IMG/VR virus record: IMGVR_UViG_3300042569_000591
Coordinates: 1 to 63,251 of that record
Strand: one strand, 5' to 3'
DNA length: 63,251 nt
Source: a virus
Taxonomy: Duplodnaviria; Caudoviricetes
Shown here: piece after piece, positions 8,610 through 15,489 of the stretch
Layout of the letters: each line of letters starts with the position of its first letter
Numbering within the stretch: position 1 is the stretch's first letter
Made by a program: the position numbers and the translations under genes
Notes under the pieces: model-generated
Told to the model about the DNA's origin: nothing
The model's input: only the letters and a program-made list of their open reading frames with translations
The model's database searches: none

Positions 8610-8813
8610 TTAATTTACTTTTATAGGGTTTAACTTCCAAAATTCACTTGACTCTAACGTTGTCTCAATGAGAGTAACAACAAAGCCGTTGTTGACATAT
8701 TGTGTCTGATGTAATTTGTATCGAATGTCCTGGCGATGTTTATCGCCTTTCAATTGGTCAACTACAACCAACGTTCCGTTGATGATAGCTTTAAATGTTT
8801 GTAGTGTTGTCAT
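8610..8813 (-). CDS. Hypothetical protein
   Basis: ORF track. Confidence 0.6.
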   Translation of the reverse strand: MTTLQTFKAIINGTLVVVDQLKGDKHRQDIRYKLHQTQYVNNGFVVTLIETTLESSEFWKLNPIKVN

Positions 8814-8817
8814 TGTT

Positions 8818-8988
8818 TTATTTTTTATTTGATTCTACTTTTGGATTGTATTCGTCACCATTTTTAAATGATTCAAAATCTAATTCTTCGGATATGCTTT
8901 CAGCATCTTCTTGACTAATGGCATAAATTATTAATGATTTGCCCGTTGATTCATCATAAACTTCATAATAATTTTGTAGTGTTTTCAT
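8818..8988 (-). CDS. 56-aa hypothetical protein (MKTLQNYYEV...)
   Basis: Hand translation. Confidence 0.6.
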   Translation of the reverse strand: MKTLQNYYEVYDESTGKSLIIYAISQEDAESISEELDFESFKNGDEYNPKVESNKK

Positions 8989-9128
8989 TGTTTTGGGTGT
9001 ATTAATTGGTTAGCGAATAAGCCAAAGTTGGCCATTGTTTGTTTTGAAATGTTGGTTCTACCTTTCATGATTTCGTAAGCAATCATCGCATCTATCAATG
9101 ATTGCTTCATGTTGATTCTTTCGTGCAT
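8985..9128 (-). CDS. 47-aa hypothetical protein (MHERINMK...)
   Basis: Hand translation; coupled overlaps on both sides. Confidence 0.55.
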   Translation of the reverse strand: MHERINMKQSLIDAMIAYEIMKGRTNISKQTMANFGLFANQLIHPKQ

Positions 9129-9238
9129 TATCTGTATCTAAAAGGGATTAATAACTTGCGAGTCTTAACTAACACGCCTTCCTGAAAGAAGCCGATGATT
9201 TCATAACTGCCCTCGATTCTGATTACTCTTGTTTCCAT
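9128..9238 (-). CDS. 36-aa first early gene (METRVIRIEG...)
   Basis: Hand translation; A-rich upstream. Confidence 0.55.
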   Translation of the reverse strand: METRVIRIEGSYEIIGFFQEGVLVKTRKLLIPFRYR

Positions 9239-9254
9239 TTTTATTTGTGTTGGT

Positions 9255-9304
9255 TAGTGGTGCAGTGAGTATCGCTCTCATTAATTAGTCATTCTAACTG
9301 CACC
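9255..9304 (-). ncRNA. tRNA-minihelix-like element
   Basis: GGTGCAG...TGAG AGCGATA CTCA CTGCACC A CTA: 7-bp stem stacked on a 4-bp stem with a 7-nt loop. Confidence 0.4.
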
Positions 9305-9487
9305 TAATATCTTGTATGCCACGTGAAACTGCATACCCTCTTTTATTCCCTACAGGCATCACCATTGGGCCTGTGGTTTTGACGTTGACCACCTGAGTAG
9401 TGTATCAATCGTCCCGACTTTGCGGAGTCTTTATACTTACCGCATCGGCCTCGTATGACCTACCGAGTTAGTTTATTGTCTTACATG

Positions 9488-9501
9488 ATGTCAAAGAACT
9501 T
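9488..9501 (-). promoter_or_regulatory. boxA-like antitermination site AAGTTCTTTGACAT
   Basis: Resembles rrn/lambda boxA; lies in the long early leader. Confidence 0.55.
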
Positions 9502-9672
9502 AGCTTAGAGCTTGTTAGCAGACCTACCTTTGAACCACTTAACCACGGTGGGCTCCCCGAGGGGCACTTAGTTAAGCTTTATCGTTTCGGTCACCTTTAA
9601 TATACTGATTCGTCATCGTAACGCCTTAAGGATTGCTTTAAGAAGTATTGTTATTAGCTCGTTTGCTTGATA

Positions 9673-9704
9673 CAAATATATGGCAACAATTCGGATTGTG
9701 CAAA
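9673..9704 (-). promoter_or_regulatory. Early promoter for the Bacteroidota primary sigma factor (TTTG-N20-TATATTTG)
   Basis: Full -33/-7 consensus with 20-nt spacing, pointing into the early arm. Confidence 0.8.
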
Positions 9705-9734
9705 TAATTTGAACAAAAATATTCAAAAAAGTGC

Positions 9735-9757
9735 TAATTTATATTCATTCTAAATAA
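9735..9757. promoter_or_regulatory. Near-palindromic operator, Fur-box-like
   Basis: TTATTTAGAATGAATATAAATTA on the minus strand. Confidence 0.4.
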
Positions 9758-9968
9758 GAGACACGTTTGTCTGACGGCTAATTGCTTTAGAATCAGTAAG
9801 TTACGACTATAGTAACCTCAATAGCACTCAAATAGGTTTGCTTTGTGAATTGATAGGTAGGTGCAACCCTCTCTCTCCGGGAGCGCAACCAACAGCGCAA
9901 ACAAACGAACGGCCGGCCGTCAGGCGCACCGAATGAACGGCTGTTTGATTGGTCTCAAAGTCTATTCT

Positions 9969-9996
9969 ATTTAACATAATGCTAATTATATAACAT
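9969..9996 (-). other. dif-like XerC/XerD recombination site
   Basis: ATGTTATATAA-TTAGCA-TTATGTTAAAT; right arm identical to the canonical XerD arm; 11-6-11 geometry. Confidence 0.75.
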
Positions 9997-10210
9997 GCCT
10001 ACCTACCGACTACGACAAACGGCAACAAGGCATGTAGGCCGTCTATATTGGTATTGACGACAAACGATAGGCCGACTGGAAAAGCCAAAAAGTTCGGCCG
10101 AAAAGTTCGAAAAGCAGACCCCCCTACCCAAAAAGCAAACCGTTTCCCTTCCGGCCTGGCTCGCGTCAGATGGGGGTATTACCCAAAACCTCTATACATC
10201 TAAAAATCAT

Positions 10211-10218
10211 TATATTTG
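10211..10218 (+). promoter_or_regulatory. -7 element TATATTTG, 4 nt before an ATG
   Basis: TAnnTTTG consensus. Confidence 0.65.
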
Positions 10219-10222
10219 CAGT

Positions 10223-10351
10223 ATGATCATAACACTCTATCCGACGTTCGGCCTATCAGTAGGTTTTGACTATTTGCCTGCAGAAGGGGACCTTCGGCCG
10301 GAGTTTCTTTTTCATTTGTTTATTTTTAAATTATCTATATCATGGCAATAA
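10223..10351 (+). CDS. 42-aa hypothetical protein (MIITLYPTFGLSVGFDY...)
   Basis: Hand translation; directly follows the promoter. Confidence 0.55.
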   Translation: MIITLYPTFGLSVGFDYLPAEGDLRPEFLFHLFIFKLSISWQ

Positions 10352-11358
10352 TGCGCACAAATCGACTCACGTCGAAGACCACTGCACCTGCAAAGGGTGG
10401 TAGAAAATTCACATCAGCATCTGAGCTTGAGGCACAGGACGCGGCTTACAACAAGTATAAATCTGATCTTCCTATTTATGAGAAGAAGATGAAGAGGTAC
10501 AATGAGGAGAGTAAGATTACTAGTAGGGATTACAATACTCTTGGTGGTAAGAAAAATGTTAGAAAACTAAATTCAGAGGAATTAGCTAAATACAATTATA
10601 ATTCTATGAATAACCCAAATGATGATTCTGCTTTAGAGTATAGAACTGTTGAAGTCAATAAGGGCTATAATAAAAAATCAAGTGATAAGAATTTTATGAT
10701 TGGCACTTGGCATCATACAAGCAATCCTATCAAACCAACAGCACCAAAGAAAACCAATCCTGCTGATTGGTCTAATGTTGAGTTGGGTAAGATTGATACT
10801 AAAAAAGCCAAGATAACTACACAAAAAGGTAATTTAAAGAAGCTTAAGGCTACTCCAGAGCTTCCTTCGTTTGAGGGTCCTACTAAAAGCGCTGGTATTA
10901 AGAACAGTGTTGACATGAATCCACTTGCTCAGGGTGCTTACACTAAGGGCAATAAAGGTCGTTATGCAAAGCAAGTTGTTGAGTCTGTAGGTAAAACAGG
11001 TAAGACAAGAGGATTTGATCGTGAGAGAAAGCAGTTTGAGGCATACGCAGGAGCTGGTGGTGATCAAACCAAGTCAATGTTCAAGGCTGAGGCTAAGCAA
11101 TCAAGACAAATTGGCGCTCAGTACAGAGCTGAGGGTAATGCTGAGGGTGCTGAGATGATGCGTCAAGAGGCTAAACAGTTCCGTAAAGCTGCTCAGTTTG
11201 CTGGTAAAGTTGGCAAGGGTAATAATAAGTACTTTGATCGCAACATGGTGAGTGAGTTCAGAGGATCTAAAGAGAACGCAGCCAATCGTAATACGATGGA
11301 AGCTAAGATAAAAGCCGCTGGAGCCAAAGCAGCTAACAATCGAAACACTTTATATTAA
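10342..11358 (+). CDS. Basic hypothetical protein, possibly virion-internal
   Basis: 338 aa, Lys/Ala-rich. Confidence 0.8.
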   Translation: MAIMRTNRLTSKTTAPAKGGRKFTSASELEAQDAAYNKYKSDLPIYEKKMKRYNEESKITSRDYNTLGGKKNVRKLNSEELAKYNYNSMNNPNDDSALEYRTVEVNKGYNKKSSDKNFMIGTWHHTSNPIKPTAPKKTNPADWSNVELGKIDTKKAKITTQKGNLKKLKATPELPSFEGPTKSAGIKNSVDMNPLAQGAYTKGNKGRYAKQVVESVGKTGKTRGFDRERKQFEAYAGAGGDQTKSMFKAEAKQSRQIGAQYRAEGNAEGAEMMRQEAKQFRKAAQFAGKVGKGNNKYFDRNMVSEFRGSKENAANRNTMEAKIKAAGAKAANNRNTLY

Positions 11359-11361
11359 GAA

Positions 11362-11388
11362 AGAGCCCCAGAGATGGGGCTTTTTTAT
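11362..11388 (+). terminator. Intrinsic terminator
   Basis: AGCCCCA-GAGA-TGGGGCT followed by a T run. Confidence 0.85.
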
Positions 11389-11409
11389 TGAACAAAGCGA
11401 AAAAATCAC

Positions 11410-11417
11410 TAGATTTG
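11410..11417 (+). promoter_or_regulatory. -7 element TAGATTTG upstream of groEL
   Basis: TAnnTTTG right after the terminator. Confidence 0.6.
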
Positions 11418-11433
11418 TCAAAAATCAAGTGAA

Positions 11434-13002
11434 ATGGTAGTAAAACATGTACATTTAGGCGACGAAGGTCGCAAAAAGCTCATTAAAGGCATCAAAACGA
11501 TCGCTGGAGCTGTAAAAAGCACATTAGGTGCGCGAGGCCGCACTGTGTTAATCGAGTCAGAGCACCATGTCGGTGGTATTACAGTCACAAAGGACGGTGT
11601 TACGGTCGCTAAGTCGATCAATCTGTATGACCCGGTTGAAAATCTAGCTGTTATGATGATGCGACAGGCTGCTGAGAAGACAGCTACTGTTGCTGGCGAT
11701 GGTACAACCACGTCAATTGTCATTGCGGAGGCCATTGTTGACGCGGCATCTGACGTTTTAACGCCAGATGACAACGTCACCGAGGTAATCCGTGAGATCA
11801 ATAGCATTACAACAAATGTTGTAACGCATCTGACCAAACGTGCTAAGAAGCTATCAGGTAAGAAGCTTAAAGATGTGGCTTCAATCAGTGCAAACAATGA
11901 CACCACTATTGGTGGCATGATCGCTGACGCTTTCAGTGAGGTTAAGATGGTATCTGTTGAGAACAGTAAGGACCACAACACGTATGTTGAGGTGATTAAG
12001 GGGATTAAGGCTGACCGAGGTTGGACTAGTCGCTATTTTATCACTGACTACAAGCGTCAGGAGGCTGTATTGGAGAACCCATATGTGTTGATCACTGACC
12101 AGGAGATCAATAACTTGCTCAATATTGAGCGCGTACTACAACATGTAGTCGCTCAGAACAAGTCTTTGCTTATTATTGGTGAGATGCCAATAGCTGCTTT
12201 GAACACTTTGAATATTAACGTTGCTCAGGGCAAAATCAAGGCATGTAACATTTTACCTCCAAGCTTTGGCTACCGTCAGAAAGATTTGCTGGAAGACCTA
12301 GCGATTGTATTGGGTGGTACATACTTCAGTGAGGACACTGGTGATGACTTGTCGTTGATCGACGTTGCTCACTTAGGTCGTTGTGCTAAGGTGATCGTTG
12401 GCAAGGACAACACTATCTTTATGCCATATGCTAGCTCACAAGAAGCTATTGACAACCGCATTGCTGATATCAACGAGACAATATTCGACGGCATCACTAA
12501 AGAGGAGATGGACAACCGTAAGGAGCGAGTGGCCAATCTATCTGGTGGTGTTGCTGTGATCTATGTAGGTGCGTTGAGCGACATTGAGCAGAAGGAGAAG
12601 AGAGATCGCATTGACGACGCTGTGTGTGCAGTTGAGGCCGCGTTAGAGGAGGGCATTCTTCCTGGTGGTGGTGTTGCACTGCATGAGTATGCTAACATGT
12701 ACTTACGTGGCAAGCTTGGTGCAGCTAAGGAGATTATGTACAAAGCACTGAAGTCACCGATGCGTCAGATCCTTGAGAACGCTGGTAAGGACGCTCAAGA
12801 GATCATGGACAACATCTTACCATTCGATAACGAGGGTTACGACGTGAAGGGTGAGCAGTATGGTGACATGATGAAGCTTGGTATTATTGACCCGGCTAAG
12901 GTTACAAAGAACGCCTTGTTGAACGCTGTGTCTGTAGCGACTACGATCATGAGCACAAATGCAATAATCACAAATATCAGAGCAGATGAAGGTATTAAGT
13001 AA
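11434..13002 (+). CDS. groEL: Chaperonin GroEL (Cpn60)
   Basis: TKDGVTVAK, AGDGTTT, EEGILPGGGVAL, GIIDPAKVT motifs. Confidence 0.97.
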   Translation: MVVKHVHLGDEGRKKLIKGIKTIAGAVKSTLGARGRTVLIESEHHVGGITVTKDGVTVAKSINLYDPVENLAVMMMRQAAEKTATVAGDGTTTSIVIAEAIVDAASDVLTPDDNVTEVIREINSITTNVVTHLTKRAKKLSGKKLKDVASISANNDTTIGGMIADAFSEVKMVSVENSKDHNTYVEVIKGIKADRGWTSRYFITDYKRQEAVLENPYVLITDQEINNLLNIERVLQHVVAQNKSLLIIGEMPIAALNTLNINVAQGKIKACNILPPSFGYRQKDLLEDLAIVLGGTYFSEDTGDDLSLIDVAHLGRCAKVIVGKDNTIFMPYASSQEAIDNRIADINETIFDGITKEEMDNRKERVANLSGGVAVIYVGALSDIEQKEKRDRIDDAVCAVEAALEEGILPGGGVALHEYANMYLRGKLGAAKEIMYKALKSPMRQILENAGKDAQEIMDNILPFDNEGYDVKGEQYGDMMKLGIIDPAKVTKNALLNAVSVATTIMSTNAIITNIRADEGIK

Positions 13003-13243
13003 GTATTTGATTGTCAAGAAAATAGCTGAGCAGAAGCAGACTAAGAGTGGTTTGCTTCTGACTGGCGAGGACGCTAATGAGATGCGTTACCATAAGGCTA
13101 TTGTCTACAAAGTAGGCGACAGCATCAATGGTATAAATTCAGATGACACTGTCTTGTATGACAAGGTTCAGAGTTATGACATTGTCTTAGACAATGAGCG
13201 AATGACGATCATTCAAGAGAGGGACGTTGTTTGCGTTCTTTAA
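12986..13243 (+). CDS. groES: Co-chaperonin GroES (Cpn10)
   Basis: TKSGLLL mobile loop, V--VG, D-VLY pattern; adjacent to groEL. Confidence 0.85.
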   Translation: MKVLSKYLIVKKIAEQKQTKSGLLLTGEDANEMRYHKAIVYKVGDSINGINSDDTVLYDKVQSYDIVLDNERMTIIQERDVVCVL

Positions 13244-13700
13244 ATCGATCGTTAAAATTATTAATGGCGTGAGCAAGGGTCTTCTGATGGAATGGAGCGT
13301 TCTGTCTGAAGACCTTGTTGCGTCTTGGTGACGTCGGAATCGGTTCTAATCCGGTTAACTTCTTATATATTGACGTAATCATCTTCTTACACTTAAAAGA
13401 CACCTCATACATATTGGCCTCTCCGAAACCACGTTTGCGCCATATATAAATCCATTCTTCTTTGAGAAGTCTATCGAAACGGTTCCTATCCCAGTTCATG
13501 AAGTTGGCATATTCAGCGAAGTCTGCCCTAGTGAATAGCTTTTGTTTGTGTAGAAAGAGTAGCATCTCTAGATCTGAGCGACTTAGCTCATAGTTGATCT
13601 GTGCCCATTTACGAACGATAGACCATTCGGCCAGAAAGTCGTAAGTCAAAGGTCTACGTTCATAGGCCTTATCTTTTTTATATCTTCGTTTGATTTTCAT
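13209..13700 (-). CDS. Putative winged-HTH regulator
   Basis: LS--DLEMLLFL...FDRLLKEEWI...YEVS pattern; lone minus-strand gene in the late arm, with its own promoter. Confidence 0.6.
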   Translation of the reverse strand: MKIKRRYKKDKAYERRPLTYDFLAEWSIVRKWAQINYELSRSDLEMLLFLHKQKLFTRADFAEYANFMNWDRNRFDRLLKEEWIYIWRKRGFGEANMYEVSFKCKKMITSIYKKLTGLEPIPTSPRRNKVFRQNAPFHQKTLAHAINNFNDRFKERKQRPSLE

Positions 13701-13718
13701 TATATTTGTACAAAGATA
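13701..13718. promoter_or_regulatory. Face-to-face -7 elements TATATTTG (+) and TATCTTTG (-) sharing the palindrome TTTGTACAAA
   Basis: Seen between divergent ATGs at 13700 and 13725. Confidence 0.65.
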
Positions 13719-13724
13719 TTCATA

Positions 13725-13883
13725 ATGGGACTATATAGCAACATTCACGCAAAAAGAGAGCGAATTAAAGAAGGCTCTGGAGAGAAGATGCGCAAACCTG
13801 GTCAAAAGGGAGCGCCTACTGCCAAAGCGTTTAAGGCTGCTGCTAAGACCGCAAAACCAAAGAAAAATGAAAGCAAAAGGTAA
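13725..13883 (+). CDS. 52-aa basic protein (GLYSNIHAKR...GEKMRKPG-KGAPT type)
   Basis: Hand translation; recognisable small phage protein pattern. Confidence 0.75.
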   Translation: MGLYSNIHAKRERIKEGSGEKMRKPGQKGAPTAKAFKAAAKTAKPKKNESKR

Positions 13884-14004
13884 ACCAATGGTCGAGAAGA
13901 AGACCGGAGAGAAGTATGCGTCTAAGGGTGCTAAGATGAAACATGAGAAGGTTGAGTCTAAGAAAGAGCAGATGCGCGAATACGGCAAAGTAAAGCGTAA
14001 ATGA
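13867..14004 (+). CDS. 45-aa basic protein (EKYASK-AKMKHEK type)
   Basis: Hand translation; ATGA overlap with the next gene. Confidence 0.7.
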   Translation: MKAKGKPMVEKKTGEKYASKGAKMKHEKVESKKEQMREYGKVKRK

Positions 14005-14300
14005 AAGACCCAAGATTAGAAAGAGCTGGCGTTGAGGGCTTTAACAAGCCCAAACGCACTCCTAGTCACCCGACTAAGAGTCACGTTGTGGTTGCCAAAG
14101 AGGGTGATCAGGTGAAGCTTATTCGCTTTGGACAGCAGGGTGTTAAGACCAATCAGACTGCAGGTCAACGTGAGGCTTTCAAAAGCCGTCACGCCAAGAA
14201 TATTTCAAAGGGTAAGATGAGTGCTGCGTTTTGGGCTGACAAAGTTAAGTGGTCCCCAAGCAAGACTGCATCACCTAGCACTAAATGGAAGAAAGGATGA
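14001..14300 (+). CDS. Basic phage protein (NKPKRTPSHPTKSHVV...IRFGQQG type)
   Basis: Motif recognised by eye. Confidence 0.8.
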   Translation: MKDPRLERAGVEGFNKPKRTPSHPTKSHVVVAKEGDQVKLIRFGQQGVKTNQTAGQREAFKSRHAKNISKGKMSAAFWADKVKWSPSKTASPSTKWKKG

Positions 14301-14671
14301 ACAATATACCATTCAAGAATAAGGACATTGAGTTTTTAGGAAAGAAAAAAAGGATCCGTGAGATGCGTGGCGAAGAGTATGTCAACATGCCAAACGGTGA
14401 GGTATCCTCACACTTGATGTCTAGCCGAGGTAAGGAAACGTTTCCAACAGTTTTCCCAAACAAACCAGGGTCTCATGAGTACAAAGATTGGACTGACATG
14501 CCAAACACTTCAGAGGCTTATAATGAGGCCAAGAAGAGAGGCGAGGTTGTAAAGTTTGCCACAGCCAAGAGAGCTGAGAAGATGGCTTTTGGCGCTTGGA
14601 AGAAAGGCGAGGCTAGAAAAGAAGCAATGCAGAACTATGATAATTATAAGAAAACACAAAGGTCTAGGTGA
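14285..14671 (+). CDS. Hypothetical protein
   Basis: ORF track. Confidence 0.7.
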   Translation: MEERMNNIPFKNKDIEFLGKKKRIREMRGEEYVNMPNGEVSSHLMSSRGKETFPTVFPNKPGSHEYKDWTDMPNTSEAYNEAKKRGEVVKFATAKRAEKMAFGAWKKGEARKEAMQNYDNYKKTQRSR

Positions 14672-14864
14672 TACAGTCGCAGCTTTAGCTGAGACTACAG
14701 GCATCAAGACACTAGTCGAGAGTATAACTGAGGACTGCGGATGTCAAGAGAGACAGGCTTCTCTTAACAACCCTGACCTATTAATAAATAAAATGTTCTA
14801 TGGGACAAAGCAAGACATCGAAGTATTACGCGAGCAATCCGAAAGCAGCGGAGAAGAGGCGTGA
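14637..14864 (+). CDS. Hypothetical protein (GLGDT...TGIK...CGC--R type)
   Basis: Motif; start moved to MIIIR. Confidence 0.7.
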   Translation: MIIIRKHKGLGDTVAALAETTGIKTLVESITEDCGCQERQASLNNPDLLINKMFYGTKQDIEVLREQSESSGEEA

Positions 14865-15060
14865 ATATCAGCGCGAGTTGAACTCAACTGAAGAGCGAAA
14901 GAAGTATCGGGCTGATCACACGAAAGCTCGTCGGGCCAATGGTATTGATGGCAAGGGTGGTCCTGATATGAGTTCCACAAAAAGTGGTAAATTTGTAAAA
15001 GAAAACCCAAGTAAAAACCGCGCTCGCAACGGTGCAAACGGCAAGAGCGTAAAAAAATAA
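14800..15060 (+). CDS. Basic protein, degenerate HNH-like
   Basis: DMSSTKSG...NPSKNRARN; no catalytic His at the expected position. Confidence 0.6.
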   Translation: MGQSKTSKYYASNPKAAEKRREYQRELNSTEERKKYRADHTKARRANGIDGKGGPDMSSTKSGKFVKENPSKNRARNGANGKSVKK

Positions 15061-15065
15061 GTAAG

Positions 15066-15332
15066 ATGGCATATCAAAAATTACAAGTACAGCGCGCAGC
15101 ATTAGTTACACCTAGCAATACTGTCGACATTCCATATGTGGGTGGTGATGGTACTACTCCGTCATGGCCTTGTGTCCTTTATATCGGCACTGGTGGAGAT
15201 GTTAGAGTTTTAACTGAGGGTGGTGATGATGTAGTATTTACAAATGTGCTAGGTGGTACAACTCTACCTGTCAATGTTGTAAGAGTATTTGCTACCAATA
15301 CAACGGCTAGCAACATTATAGCGATGTGGTAA
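15066..15332 (+). CDS. Head spike base protein (RcGTA Rcc01079-like)
   Basis: VTPS...LYIGTGGDVRV...F-NV--G--LPV-V-RV-AT-TTA motif. Confidence 0.75.
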   Translation: MAYQKLQVQRAALVTPSNTVDIPYVGGDGTTPSWPCVLYIGTGGDVRVLTEGGDDVVFTNVLGGTTLPVNVVRVFATNTTASNIIAMW

Positions 15333-15333
15333 T

Positions 15334-15489
15334 ATGTGGATTATTAATGGCATATTAAACGCTGTTGGGGCAAACTATATTGGCGATCCTAACTATATAA
15401 CTATATCATTCATTAACAGAGTGAAGGCTGATGGCGGTGTGTTTGAGGCACAAAACTGTTTAACATCATTTTTAAATAGCTTATCATGA
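15334..15489 (+). CDS. 51-aa spike/fibre adaptor-like peptide
   Basis: Hand translation with FINRVKADGGVFEAQNC; ATGA overlap with the fibre gene. Confidence 0.65.
   Translation: MWIINGILNAVGANYIGDPNYITISFINRVKADGGVFEAQNCLTSFLNSLS

Noticed and set aside
9255-9304. Canonical tRNA gene
   Set aside because: Too short, with no D or anticodon arm; kept only as a minihelix-like element.
11418-11981. Long antisense ORFs (here, 47912-48511, 49097-49606, 13731-13988 and others)
   Set aside because: They shadow well-supported genes, have atypical composition and lack expression signals.
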